From positions 17,578 to 81,577 of the forward strand of contig JASFYR010000019.1 in NCBI GenBank assembly GCA_045047115.1: a stretch of 64,000 nucleotides of DNA, read 5' to 3'. Origin of the DNA: Sulfurospirillum sp. (lineage in GTDB: Bacteria; Campylobacterota; Campylobacteria; Campylobacterales; Sulfurospirillaceae). A program made the position numbers and the translations under genes. Below, in pieces: positions 21,634 to 31,566 of this stretch; position 1 is the stretch's first letter; each line of letters begins with the position of its first letter. The notes under the pieces are model-generated. The model saw only the letters and a program-made list of their open reading frames with translations. It was not told the origin of the DNA and did no database searches.

Positions 21634-22431
21634 ATGAAGTTGTCTAAGAGAGAGATAATTTTAGAGTCAATTATAAAAGAGTACTTGAAGTCAAAAAACC
21701 CTATAGGTTCAAGTGAACTTCAAGAAAGAATGATGCTAGATATTTCTCCCTCAACTATAAGAATTTACTTCAAAAAACTCTCGCAAGAGGGTTCGTTGGT
21801 GCAGTTGCATGTCAGTAGCGGAAGAATTCCAACTCATAGAGCACTTAGGAATTATTGGGTGAGTAAGATAGAGCCCGAGAAGCCTATAGAGATTGATGAT
21901 ATACAGGGGATTCAAAACGCCATAAGAGATTATGGTTTGTATTGTATCTTGAAAAAAACTAAAAACTCTATATTTAATGAGTTGATGAGTGTTGGTAAAC
22001 GCTTTTTGATATTGGTGTTTGATGATGAGGAAATTGTTATCAAATATCATCCAAAGATTGAGATTTTTTTAAATGACTTCATAGGTTACAGTATGAAAGA
22101 TTTGAAGAAAATTGCAAGTTCTGTCGGTTTATTTGAGTTATATAGTAAGCTAAACAGCGTTCTTTTGCAAGATGCTTTACTAAAAGAAGGTGTAAATGAG
22201 CTGTATGATATAGCTCAAGAGTTAAACGATGAGACATTTATACAAAGAGTTGTTGAGCCAAATTTTTTGGATTCGCTTGGTATTGGTGTCTATTTTGATG
22301 ATTTTGTACCAAGAGGATGTATGGCGGTAAAACATAATGCAGTGATTAATGAAGAGTCTCTGCAAATGTTTTGCTTAGGCAGGTTAGACAGTGACTTTGA
22401 AAGCTTTTTTAAAAGGAGTAAAAATGAGTAA
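21634..22431 (+). CDS. hrcA: heat-inducible transcription repressor HrcA
   Basis: 265 aa with an N-terminal winged helix. First gene of the hrcA-grpE-dnaK arrangement. Confidence 0.85.
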   Translation: MKLSKREIILESIIKEYLKSKNPIGSSELQERMMLDISPSTIRIYFKKLSQEGSLVQLHVSSGRIPTHRALRNYWVSKIEPEKPIEIDDIQGIQNAIRDYGLYCILKKTKNSIFNELMSVGKRFLILVFDDEEIVIKYHPKIEIFLNDFIGYSMKDLKKIASSVGLFELYSKLNSVLLQDALLKEGVNELYDIAQELNDETFIQRVVEPNFLDSLGIGVYFDDFVPRGCMAVKHNAVINEESLQMFCLGRLDSDFESFFKRSKNE

Positions 22432-22972
22432 AGAAAAAGAAAAAGATTTATCAGAGAAATTTGATGAAAAAGATACATTAAGCGAAGCAGAGGAGAACTC
22501 GACCAATGTTGACGAGATAGAAGTGCTGAATCAAAAACTTCAAGAGTGTGAAGATAAGTATCTCAGGATTAATGCGGACTTTGAAAATATAAAAAGAAGA
22601 ATGGAAAAAGAAAAAGCCGTAGCTATCAGCTATGCGCACGAACAGTTTGCAAGAGATTTATTGCCTATTATCGACTCGCTTGATATGGCTTTAAATACTT
22701 GTAAAAATGATAAGTGCGATGTGAGTGAAAACCTTTTGGACAAGGTCAAGGAGGGAATTGATTTAACGATAGAGCAATTTAAAAAGACATTTGAAAAACA
22801 TGGAATTGAATTAGTAGACATAAATGAAGGTTTTGATCCAAATTTCCATGAAGCAGTTATGCAGTTAGAAAGTCAGGATAAGGAGTCTGGTGAAATACTT
22901 GAAGTATTTCAAAAAGGCTACAAGATAAAAGACAGAGTGCTTAGACCGGCAATGGTAAGCATAGTTAAATAG
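22424..22972 (+). CDS. grpE: nucleotide exchange factor GrpE
   Basis: The ATG at 22424 is preceded by AAAAGGAG and overlaps the hrcA stop (ATGAGTAA). ADFENIKRRMEKEK and the C-terminal GYKIKDRVLRPAMV are typical of GrpE. Confidence 0.9.
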   Translation: MSKEKEKDLSEKFDEKDTLSEAEENSTNVDEIEVLNQKLQECEDKYLRINADFENIKRRMEKEKAVAISYAHEQFARDLLPIIDSLDMALNTCKNDKCDVSENLLDKVKEGIDLTIEQFKKTFEKHGIELVDINEGFDPNFHEAVMQLESQDKESGEILEVFQKGYKIKDRVLRPAMVSIVK

Positions 22973-22991
22973 AGTCTCTTGGCAAAGCCAA

Positions 22992-23045
22992 AGCTTTAGT
23001 AGCGTGTGAATTTTACGGGAATTCACTTCCTGTAAAAGATGACAG
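22992..23045 (+). repeat. copy 1 of a perfect 54-nt direct repeat in the grpE-dnaK spacer
   Basis: AGCTTTAGTAGCGTGTGAATTTTACGGGAATTCACTTCCTGTAAAAGATGACAG. Contains the hairpin GTGAATT-TTACGGG-AATTCAC (23006-23026). Confidence 0.95.
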
Positions 23046-23070
23046 AGCGAAGCTTCTAGCCGATAGGCTT

Positions 23071-23124
23071 AGCTTTAGTAGCGTGTGAATTTTACGGGAA
23101 TTCACTTCCTGTAAAAGATGACAG
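23071..23124 (+). repeat. copy 2 of the perfect 54-nt direct repeat in the grpE-dnaK spacer
   Basis: Identical to 22992-23045 base for base, with a 79-nt period. Ends 32 nt before the dnaK ATG. Confidence 0.95.
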
Positions 23125-23156
23125 TTAGATAAAAAAATTAATATAAAGGATAAGAA

Positions 23157-25034
23157 ATGGGAAAAGTAATAGGTATAGATTTAGGAACAACAAATTCATG
23201 TGTTGCGATTTTTGAGCATGGAGACAGTAAAGTTATCCCTAACAAAGAAGGGAAAAATACAACACCGTCAGTTGTAGCATATACTGACAAAGACGAAGTT
23301 TTAGTTGGTGATACTGCAAAAAGACAAGCAGTTACAAACCCAAAAAGAACCATATATTCAATAAAGAGAATAATGGGTTTAATGTGTGATGAAGATAAAG
23401 CAAAACAGGCAAAAGATAGATTGCCTTATGAGATAGTTGATAGAAATGGAGCCTGTGCTATAGAAATAGATGGAAAAGTCTATACACCACAAGAGATAAG
23501 TGCAAAAGTTTTAATGAAGTTAAAAGAAGATGCAGAGGCATTTTTGGGTGAAGATGTGACTGATGCTGTTATAACAGTGCCGGCATACTTTAATGACTCT
23601 CAAAGAAAAGCAACAAAAGAGGCTGGTGTGATTGCAGGGCTAAATGTTCTTAGAATTATAAATGAGCCTACAAGTGCGGCACTATCTTATGGCTTAGAGA
23701 AGAAAAATGCAGAAAAGATTGTAGTTTATGATTTGGGTGGAGGAACATTTGATGTTACAGTTCTGGAGACAGGTGACAGTGTTGTAGAAGTTCTTTCAAC
23801 AGGTGGTGATGCCTTCTTGGGTGGTGATGATTTTGATAACAGACTTATAGATTATCTTGCAGACGAATTTAAAAAAGAAAATGGTATTGATTTAAAAGCT
23901 GATGTTATGGCTCTTCAAAGGCTAAAAGAAGCAGCTGAAAATGCCAAAAAAGAGCTTTCAAGCTCAACCGAAACAGAGGTAAATCTCCCTTTTATCACAG
24001 CAGATGCTAGTGGTCCTAAGCACTTGGTTAAAAAAATTACAAGAGCAAAATTTGAAGCTCTTATAGAAGATTTGGTTGAAAAAACCATCGTAAAGATAAA
24101 AGAAGTTGTAAAAGATTCTGATTTGGATAAAAATGAGATTAAAGAAATTGTCTTGGTAGGAGGCAGTACCAGAGTTCCACTTGTCCAAGAAAAAGTAAAA
24201 GCGTTTTTTGGAAAAGATTTAAACAAATCAGTAAACCCTGATGAAGTTGTTGCTATCGGTGCAGCCATACAGGGTGCTGTTATAAAGGGTGATGTTAAAG
24301 ATGTGCTATTGCTAGATGTTACACCATTGAGTCTGGGAATTGAGACTCTTGGTGGAGTAATGACTAAATTGATAGAAAAAGGCACAACTATACCTGTCAA
24401 GAAAACACAGATATTTTCAACAGCAGAAGATAATCAGCCAGCAGTTACTATCCATGCCTTGCAGGGTGAGAGAGAGTTTGCAAAAGATAATAAATCATTG
24501 GGACAGTTTAATCTTGAAAATATTTCACCTGCTCCAAGAGGTGTGCCTCAAATCGAAGTGGCATTTGATATAGATGCAAATGGTATATTAACAGTAAGTG
24601 CTACTGATAAAGCAACAGGAAAAGCACAAGAGATTAAAATCACAGGTTCAAGCGGACTTGATGAAAATGAGATAGAAAAAATGGTAAAAGATGCAGAGCT
24701 TCATAAAGAAGATGATGAGAAAAGGAAGAAGACAGTAGAAGCCAGAAATCAAGCTGATGCACTTGCTCATCAAACTGAAAAATCTCTTGAAGAGATGGGT
24801 GACAAAGTTGATGCCGGAGAAAAAGCCAAGATAGAAGATGCCCTAAAAGCACTCAAAGATGTTTTGGCTAATGATTCTGCGACAAAAGAGCAGATTGATG
24901 AGAAAGTTAAGGCATTGACAGAGGTAAGTCATAAGTTGGCAGAAGCTATGTATAAAAAAGATGATGCTAAAGGCGCAGAGCCTAAGAAAGACTCTAAAGC
25001 AGATGATGAAATTATAGATGCAGAGGTAGAATAA
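23157..25034 (+). CDS. dnaK: molecular chaperone DnaK (Hsp70)
   Basis: 625 aa with [17 protein letters not shown] and the other canonical Hsp70 motifs. Confidence 0.98.
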   Translation: MGKVIGIDLGTTNSCVAIFEHGDSKVIPNKEGKNTTPSVVAYTDKDEVLVGDTAKRQAVTNPKRTIYSIKRIMGLMCDEDKAKQAKDRLPYEIVDRNGACAIEIDGKVYTPQEISAKVLMKLKEDAEAFLGEDVTDAVITVPAYFNDSQRKATKEAGVIAGLNVLRIINEPTSAALSYGLEKKNAEKIVVYDLGGGTFDVTVLETGDSVVEVLSTGGDAFLGGDDFDNRLIDYLADEFKKENGIDLKADVMALQRLKEAAENAKKELSSSTETEVNLPFITADASGPKHLVKKITRAKFEALIEDLVEKTIVKIKEVVKDSDLDKNEIKEIVLVGGSTRVPLVQEKVKAFFGKDLNKSVNPDEVVAIGAAIQGAVIKGDVKDVLLLDVTPLSLGIETLGGVMTKLIEKGTTIPVKKTQIFSTAEDNQPAVTIHALQGEREFAKDNKSLGQFNLENISPAPRGVPQIEVAFDIDANGILTVSATDKATGKAQEIKITGSSGLDENEIEKMVKDAELHKEDDEKRKKTVEARNQADALAHQTEKSLEEMGDKVDAGEKAKIEDALKALKDVLANDSATKEQIDEKVKALTEVSHKLAEAMYKKDDAKGAEPKKDSKADDEIIDAEVE

Positions 25035-25043
25035 TACTGTATA

Positions 25044-25080
25044 GGAGCCAATCCATTTTGATTGGCTCCACGATTTTAAA
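25044..25080 (+). terminator. rho-independent terminator after dnaK
   Basis: GGAGCCAATC-CATTTT-GATTGGCTCC, a perfect 10-bp GC-containing stem (25044-25069), followed by ACGATTTTAAA. Confidence 0.7.
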
Positions 25081-25132
25081 AATATTTACTTAGTTTTGAT
25101 AAAATAATAGAATTTTATCAAAAGGTGCCTTT

Positions 25133-26935
25133 ATGACAATTCAACTACTTAGAAAAATAGCCAGAGTATTAATTTTGCTATTTTTTATAAATATAACTCT
25201 ATATGCCGCATTTCCAAAACAAAATATTTTATCTCCGGAAGATGCTTTTAAGGTCAGCTCAGTCCAAACAGATAAAGGCGTAGATATAAAAATTAAACTT
25301 GGTGAAAAGATGTATGCTTATGACAATAAGCTTCATGTTGAATTAGTTGCACCAAAAAAAGTTTTGTTGGATAAGGAATCTACTCGTCCAAAACCTGTGA
25401 AATTTCATGAATTTATAGTGCATAGAAAAGATATAAATATAATTATACCGATGAGTGTTATCCGAAAATATGTAAAAAATGGAAAATATAAAATAAAAGT
25501 TTTATATCAAGGTTGCTCAGAGCGGGGACTCTGCTATTCACCTATGAGTAATACCTATGAATATTCACTATTGAAAAAAGTCCAAAACACCAAGAAGCAG
25601 AAGACAGCCAAGATAATTACTAATGTTTCCCAGGAAGATACGATAGCCCAAAGTATAAAAAACAGTAGCTTTTTTATAGTATTGTTAACATTTTTCGGTT
25701 TTGGTTTACTGCTCTCTTTGACACCTTGTGTTTTTCCTATGATTCCGATACTCTCTTCGGTTATAGTTTCACAATCTGATAAAAATATGAATGCTAAAAA
25801 AGCTTTTTTTCTGTCATTGGTGTATGTTTTAGCCATGTCATTGGCATACACTATAGCCGGTGTTTTGGCAGGTTTGTTTGGTGCAAATATTCAAACTGCT
25901 CTTCAAGACCCTTGGGTATTGTCTGTTTTTAGTTTGGTTTTTGTGCTTTTATCGCTCTCTATGTTTGGTTTTTATGAGATACAGATGCCCTCTTTCATTC
26001 AGTCTAAACTATCTAAAAGAAGCAACAATAACAAAGGAGGAGTCATAGGCGTTGCAATTATGGGCTTTTTGTCTGCACTGATAGTTGGACCTTGTGTGGC
26101 TGCACCACTTGCGGGAGCACTTATATATATTGGTCAAAGCGGAGATGCATTGCTAGGTGGAGCTGCATTGTTTGTTATGAGCTTAGGTATGGGAATTCCA
26201 CTTTTGATTATTGGAGCGGGCGCAGGAAAGTTTATGCCTCATCCTGGAGTTTGGATGGATAATATAAAGGCAATATTTGGTGTGTTGATGCTGGCTGTTG
26301 CTATATATATGCTTTCTCGCATATTGGATTCTCAAATTACTATGCTTTTGTGGATGGCACTGTTATTGATTACTTCTGTATACATGGGAGCACTTGAGCC
26401 TTTAAAAGAAAACTCTTCGGGTTGGTCTAAGCTTTTTAAGGGTCTGGGCATCATTGTTTTTATATATTCTCTGTTTTTATTTGTAGGCGCAATGCGAGGC
26501 ACAACAAATCCACTAAACCCACTAGAAGAAAAGAGTGCTCAAATACTTCAAATTCAAAATTCAAATATGACAGCAGAACATGCTGTATTTAAAATAGTAA
26601 AAACTTTGGATGAATTAGATAAGATTGTTAAAAATTCTAAAAAACCTGTTATGATTGATTTTTATGCTGATTGGTGTATCAGCTGTAAAGAGTTGGATGA
26701 AAAAACTTTTAAAGATGTTCAGGTAAGAAATAAAATGGATAGATTTAATTTAATAAGGATAGATGTTACAAAGAATGATTTGGAAGATAAAAAGCTTTTA
26801 AAAAGATTTAATGTTTTCGGTCCTCCTGCAATTATATTTTTCAAAAATGGCAAAGAATTAAAATCTTTAAAAGTTGTAGGATATAAAAATGCAGAGGAAT
26901 TTGCACCTCAATTAGATAAGGTATTGGCAAAATGA
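25133..26935 (+). CDS. dsbD: thiol:disulfide interchange protein DsbD
   Basis: 600 aa: signal peptide, N-terminal periplasmic domain, central TM domain with CVFPMIP and CVAAPL, and C-terminal thioredoxin fold with WCISCK. Confidence 0.85.
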   Translation: MTIQLLRKIARVLILLFFINITLYAAFPKQNILSPEDAFKVSSVQTDKGVDIKIKLGEKMYAYDNKLHVELVAPKKVLLDKESTRPKPVKFHEFIVHRKDINIIIPMSVIRKYVKNGKYKIKVLYQGCSERGLCYSPMSNTYEYSLLKKVQNTKKQKTAKIITNVSQEDTIAQSIKNSSFFIVLLTFFGFGLLLSLTPCVFPMIPILSSVIVSQSDKNMNAKKAFFLSLVYVLAMSLAYTIAGVLAGLFGANIQTALQDPWVLSVFSLVFVLLSLSMFGFYEIQMPSFIQSKLSKRSNNNKGGVIGVAIMGFLSALIVGPCVAAPLAGALIYIGQSGDALLGGAALFVMSLGMGIPLLIIGAGAGKFMPHPGVWMDNIKAIFGVLMLAVAIYMLSRILDSQITMLLWMALLLITSVYMGALEPLKENSSGWSKLFKGLGIIVFIYSLFLFVGAMRGTTNPLNPLEEKSAQILQIQNSNMTAEHAVFKIVKTLDELDKIVKNSKKPVMIDFYADWCISCKELDEKTFKDVQVRNKMDRFNLIRIDVTKNDLEDKKLLKRFNVFGPPAIIFFKNGKELKSLKVVGYKNAEEFAPQLDKVLAK

Positions 26936-27222
26936 AAGTGGTTTTGATAGTTGATGTTCAGAACCTTGATGATAAGATAGTTTTTGACAAACATCTTAAA
27001 AGAGAAGGTTTTATAGGGGTTGAAGGAGAAGAGTTTGCTTATGAGGGTGAGGCACATACTCATTTGTTTAATACAAGAGCTTATATATTGGAGGTTGTAA
27101 CAAAAGCTTTAGCCAAAATCTCTTTTGATAGTTGTGGAATAATTTTCCAAATTGGTGAGAATCCTATCGAAGCATATGTCTTTAATATGGAGAAAAAAGA
27201 GTTTCTAAAAGCCAAAGTTTAA
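26932..27222 (+). CDS. hypothetical protein
   Basis: 96 aa. The ATGA overlap with the dsbD stop suggests coupling. No family recognised. Confidence 0.45.
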   Translation: MKVVLIVDVQNLDDKIVFDKHLKREGFIGVEGEEFAYEGEAHTHLFNTRAYILEVVTKALAKISFDSCGIIFQIGENPIEAYVFNMEKKEFLKAKV

Positions 27223-27226
27223 TTTA

Positions 27227-27243
27227 TGGAACTTTTTTTGCTT
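27227..27243 (+). promoter_or_regulatory. sigma-54 (RpoN) promoter upstream of flgH
   Basis: TGGAAC-TTTTT-TTGCTT with exactly 10 nt between the GG and GC dinucleotides, 74 nt upstream of the flgH ATG. rpoN is encoded in the same window. Confidence 0.7.
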
Positions 27244-27316
27244 TAAACTATATCAATAGACTTATCGCAATATATCTTTATATCGCAACAAGTCTAATAA
27301 AAATACTGAGAGAAAC

Positions 27317-28027
27317 ATGAAAAAAACCATGATATTGATTTTTGCAGCACTGCTGTTTATTGGTTGTTCGGTTCATCCTGCTGATCCTAAAATAACTATG
27401 AAGGCTCCTGTGTATGTTGATCAGCTTCCTCCAAAAGTAAATGATACACCAAGATCAAATCCTGGAAGTCTTTTTGGACAAGGGGATAATCCTCTTTTTG
27501 CTGATTTAAAGGCTATGCACATAAATGATATAGTTACAATTGTAATAAGTGAAAACATAGCCCAAAGCTCAAAGGCAAAAAGAGATCTGACAAAAAACAG
27601 CAAAGATTCACTAGGTGGAGGATTGTTCACAAGTGGAGGCTCAAATGCTGCTGTAAATAGTATTGCAAACAAAATAAACGGCATTACAAATATTGGTTTT
27701 CAAACAGGCTCTACAAACTCTTTTGCAGGAAGTGGTACAAATAGTAGAGATGAAAAGTTTACCACAACAATTTCTGCAAGAATTATTAAAATACTAAATA
27801 ATGGAAATTATTTTATAGAAGGCAGCAGAGAGCTTTTGCTAAATGGAGAAAAACAGATTATCCAGATAAGCGGAGTTATAAGACCTTATGATATTGATCA
27901 AACTAATACTATTGATTCTAAATATATCGCAGATGCCAAGATACTCTATAAAACACAAGGGGATATGAATCAAAATATGAAGAAACCATGGGGTTCAAGA
28001 CTTATGGAGTCAATTTGGCCTTTTTAA
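27317..28027 (+). CDS. flgH: flagellar basal body L-ring protein FlgH
   Basis: 236 aa. Lipoprotein signal (LLFIGCS) and the FlgH family pattern (ITIVISENIAQS.., ISGVIRPYDI). Confidence 0.9.
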   Translation: MKKTMILIFAALLFIGCSVHPADPKITMKAPVYVDQLPPKVNDTPRSNPGSLFGQGDNPLFADLKAMHINDIVTIVISENIAQSSKAKRDLTKNSKDSLGGGLFTSGGSNAAVNSIANKINGITNIGFQTGSTNSFAGSGTNSRDEKFTTTISARIIKILNNGNYFIEGSRELLLNGEKQIIQISGVIRPYDIDQTNTIDSKYIADAKILYKTQGDMNQNMKKPWGSRLMESIWPF

Positions 28028-29265
28028 TTTTTTACGGCTTTTGCAAGATCCCACATAGGCATAAAGATACCAAGCGCCATTAGTAAAACCATACCGGCAA
28101 TAAAACCAAGAAGTATAGGCTCAATATAGCTTGAGATATTGTCAATAATCTCATTAAATCTTGATTTAAAATAATCTGTTACTTTTTCAAGCATTTTATC
28201 GAGTGTACCGCTTTGTTCGCCTGCTTGTATCATCTGGATAAGCATCCCCTCAAAAAGACCAGTTTCCCTAAATGCTTCAGTTAGAGAGATACCTCTTTGG
28301 ACTGAAACATTAACGCTTGTCAGCCTCTGTTTTAAATACATATTATCCAAAGTCAATAAAGATGTTTCAAGTGCATCGGCTATTGGGATTCCTGAACGAA
28401 TTAGTTCTGTGAAAACTAAAGTAAATCTTGCCATGGTGGCATAAAATACAATATTTCCTATCAAATATATCTTAAGTATATATTTATCATATTTCTTCTT
28501 GAACTCTTCATTATTTGCAAGCATATATTTGAAAAAAACTATAGTCAGAATTATAAACCCGAGAAGATAAAAACCATAGTTATGTATGATATTTTCCAAA
28601 AATAGAAGTATCTTTGTTGGCAAAGGCAGTTCTGTTTTGAATTTTGAAAAAATTTCTTTGAATTTTGGAACAACATATACCATTAAAATGGTAAAAGCGA
28701 TTGCAATAGCTACCATTACTGTGATAGGGTATCTCATAGCTTTTTTAAATTTTTGTCGATTTTCTTCCATCTCTTCAAGAATTTCTGCTAATTTTTCCAA
28801 AGATTCTGACATATTTCCCGTACTCTCTCCAAGTTCAACCATAGCCAGAGTTACATCTCCCAGGTCTGTTCTGAAAGGCATCATGGATTGTGTGAGACTA
28901 AGTCCTGAATTTAGATCATCATTGATGCTCTCAAATATATCTTTAAGGGTTTTATCAACACTTGCTTTTGCTACTTCTTTGATACTGTCATGTATAGATA
29001 TACCAGCATTTGTCATAACGGCCAATTGCCTGATAGCCGCTATTAGAGCTTTTATATTGATTTTTTTCTTTATGATAGATTTTACAAATTTAGCTTTAAA
29101 ATCTGAAAATTTATCTTCAACAGGAGCCGAAGCAGTTTTGATATTTAAAAGAATTCCAGGTATTTTTGTTTTTGCAATCGTTATCGCATCTCTTTTGTTT
29201 GGTGCTTTGATAACTTTTGTCTCTTTCTTGCCCTTAAATAGTGATGTTACTTCAAAATAATTCAT
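28024..29265 (-). CDS. type II secretion / type IV pilus platform protein (GspF/PilC family; CtsF-like)
   Basis: 413 aa with three TM segments and a duplicated GspF-type cytoplasmic domain. Immediately downstream of a GspE-type ATPase gene. Confidence 0.85.
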   Translation of the reverse strand: MNYFEVTSLFKGKKETKVIKAPNKRDAITIAKTKIPGILLNIKTASAPVEDKFSDFKAKFVKSIIKKKINIKALIAAIRQLAVMTNAGISIHDSIKEVAKASVDKTLKDIFESINDDLNSGLSLTQSMMPFRTDLGDVTLAMVELGESTGNMSESLEKLAEILEEMEENRQKFKKAMRYPITVMVAIAIAFTILMVYVVPKFKEIFSKFKTELPLPTKILLFLENIIHNYGFYLLGFIILTIVFFKYMLANNEEFKKKYDKYILKIYLIGNIVFYATMARFTLVFTELIRSGIPIADALETSLLTLDNMYLKQRLTSVNVSVQRGISLTEAFRETGLFEGMLIQMIQAGEQSGTLDKMLEKVTDYFKSRFNEIIDNISSYIEPILLGFIAGMVLLMALGIFMPMWDLAKAVKN

Positions 29266-31010
29266 CCTTTTGCCACCCTTACAACTTCTTCGATAGTTGT
29301 TATGCCTTTAGAGGCCCTTAAAATTCCATCTTTGTACATATCAACAAAGCCTTCATCCAAGGCTTGTTGTTTTATCTCCTCTTTACTTCTTCCTTGTGCA
29401 ATCATACTGGAAATTTTTTCACTGACTATTAAAATCTCAGAGAGCATTTCTCTCCCGATATAACCGGTTTGTGAACACTTTTCACATCCATTTTGTTTAT
29501 AAAACTGAAAATCCCTCGGAAGAAAATCCTTTATGTCCTCATAGGCAGTTTTTGGAAGAGTAATCTCTGTTTTGCAGTGTGGGCAGAGTTTACGCACAAG
29601 TCTTTGTGCCTCAATTGCAACTAAAGAACCACTAAGCAGATATGGCTCTATTCCCATATCCATAACTCTTGTAACTGCGCTTATCGCATCATTTGTATGA
29701 AGTGTAGAAAATACCAAGTGGCCAGTCAATGCAGCTTGAACAGCAATTCGCAGAGTCTCTTGATCTCTAACTTCACCAATCATTATAATATCCGGATCTT
29801 GTCTTAAAATTGATCTTAGAGCAGAAGCAAAAGTTAGATTTGCCTTTTCATTAACCTGGACTTGTTGTATAAGATTTAATTGGTACTCAACTGGGTCTTC
29901 AACAGTTATGATTTTGGTTTCTACATTTTTTATCGCATTTAGTGCTGCGTATAGAGTGGTGGTTTTACCGCTGCCTGTAGGACCGGTAACAAAAATTATA
30001 CCAAATGGAGCTCTCATTGCTGTGCTGAATTTTTCAAAATTATTTTTATGCATACCTAAAGATTCCAGTTTTATCATAACTTTTGATTTGTCCAAAATAC
30101 GCATAACTATGGATTCTCCATGCAGTATAGGGAGTGTTGAAATTCTAAAATCATACTCTTTTCCAAGAATTGTTGCTGAAAATCTGCCGTCTTGGGGTTT
30201 TCTTTTTTCTGCAATATCCATATTTGAAAGAAGTTTAAGGCGAGAGGCAAGAGGTGGATATATATCTTTATCAAAAATAAATGTTTCGGTAAGCATACCA
30301 TCAATTCGGCTTCTGACCACACAGTTGTTTTTCGTTGGCTCTACATGTATATCACTGGCCCTGGCTAAAATTGAAGTTTTTAGTATAACCTCTATCAGTT
30401 TTAATATTCCTGAGGAATCCTGAGGATTTTCACTAGCATTTGAAGTTATCTCTTTTCTTATTTCTGCTATTAATTCTTTTATGCTGTCGCCGAGCTCTAT
30501 CTTATTTATATATTTCTCTATAAGTGATGGTTCGCTTATGACTGTTTTTACAAGTTTTCTAGGAAAAATTCTCTGGATAGCCTCTTGTGCATTGAGATCA
30601 ATTGGATCTTTGAATGCCACATAGACATTGATCTCATCCTCTTTTACAGGCAGTGCATGAAATTTTCTTAATTGTGCAAATGGAAGTTTTGAAACCATTC
30701 TGTGGTTTATATCGATAGAATCCAGATCAATATATATTGCGTTTAGATTTTTTGCCAACTCTTTCAAGAAGTCTTCAATGTCAACTGCAAAATATCTATT
30801 TATGTCTTCTATTTGGATATTGCCTTTTTTGTAAAATTCTACAATCAAAAGCAAAAGATCAGATTTTTCAAAGAGGTTTCTATCCAAAAGAATTTCATAT
30901 ATATCTTTATTTTTTTCTTCTGATTCATTTTTAACTATGGAAGCAGTATTTTCATCTAAAATTCTATTTTTAATTAAATAATCCAATAAAGATAGATTCA
31001 TATTACTCAT
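29262..31010 (-). CDS. type II secretion / type IV pilus assembly ATPase (GspE/PilB family; CtsE-like)
   Basis: 582 aa. Walker A GPTGSGKTTT, Asp box, Walker B, His box, and tetracysteine motif CPHC..C.KC. Confidence 0.9.
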   Translation of the reverse strand: MSNMNLSLLDYLIKNRILDENTASIVKNESEEKNKDIYEILLDRNLFEKSDLLLLIVEFYKKGNIQIEDINRYFAVDIEDFLKELAKNLNAIYIDLDSIDINHRMVSKLPFAQLRKFHALPVKEDEINVYVAFKDPIDLNAQEAIQRIFPRKLVKTVISEPSLIEKYINKIELGDSIKELIAEIRKEITSNASENPQDSSGILKLIEVILKTSILARASDIHVEPTKNNCVVRSRIDGMLTETFIFDKDIYPPLASRLKLLSNMDIAEKRKPQDGRFSATILGKEYDFRISTLPILHGESIVMRILDKSKVMIKLESLGMHKNNFEKFSTAMRAPFGIIFVTGPTGSGKTTTLYAALNAIKNVETKIITVEDPVEYQLNLIQQVQVNEKANLTFASALRSILRQDPDIIMIGEVRDQETLRIAVQAALTGHLVFSTLHTNDAISAVTRVMDMGIEPYLLSGSLVAIEAQRLVRKLCPHCKTEITLPKTAYEDIKDFLPRDFQFYKQNGCEKCSQTGYIGREMLSEILIVSEKISSMIAQGRSKEEIKQQALDEGFVDMYKDGILRASKGITTIEEVVRVAKG

Positions 31011-31014
31011 GTTG

Positions 31015-31566
31015 TTACCAATATACTCTTATTTTTATTATTTTATTATTTTTATAGGTTCTTAGATACATTTTTTTTATATTGTTTCTCTCTTCGAGGG
31101 AGAGTCTGTATTTGATAGCAATATTTTTATCATCACTAAACCAATATGATCCATTTTTTAAATCATACTCGCCTTTTACGAATTTGTCAAAAATTTTAGA
31201 TAAAATATAGTTTGTTTTAGGAAGATTTATATATGATATATCAATATTATTGCATAGTGCATAATATAGCATTTTCTTCTGATAGAGTATAGTTGTGAAA
31301 TAAGCGGCATTTTCTCTTGCCTGCTTTGTTTTGTATAGTTTGATTATCGGTAGCACCATTCTATTGACCATATCTGATTTTAGACAAGAATCAGCAAACA
31401 TATTCAAAAAATTTTCATCATTTTTAAATGCAACATACATACTGCCTGAGAGGGAACACACTTTTGCATATTTTTTATTTATATAGAGTTTTTTGATATC
31501 ATTTAAAGTATAGGCAAATGAGATATTTATAAAAATAAAACAAAAAACAAAAATTTTTTTAGTCAT
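31015..31566 (-). CDS. hypothetical exported protein of the pilus/secretion cluster
   Basis: 183 aa with an N-terminal signal-like segment (MTKKIFVFCFIFINISFA). No family recognised. Tightly packed between cluster genes. Confidence 0.5.
   Translation of the reverse strand: MTKKIFVFCFIFINISFAYTLNDIKKLYINKKYAKVCSLSGSMYVAFKNDENFLNMFADSCLKSDMVNRMVLPIIKLYKTKQARENAAYFTTILYQKKMLYYALCNNIDISYINLPKTNYILSKIFDKFVKGEYDLKNGSYWFSDDKNIAIKYRLSLEERNNIKKMYLRTYKNNKIIKIRVYW

Noticed and set aside
28586-29260. Long antisense ORFs in the supplied track. Examples: 28586-29260 (+, 224 aa) inside the GspF gene; 23915-24400 (-) inside dnaK; 54568-55062 (-) inside ggt; 29908-30423 (+) inside the GspE gene; 33176-33673 (+) inside the secretin and AAA genes; 4012-4446 (+) opposite tatB; 42170-42640 (-) opposite the S4 gene; and 62638-62953 (-) opposite the HMA gene.
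   Set aside because: Each lies fully opposite a gene with strong family motifs. Their translations are low-complexity (S/F/L/I-rich) shadow frames typical of AT-rich genomes. None has a recognisable motif or RBS.
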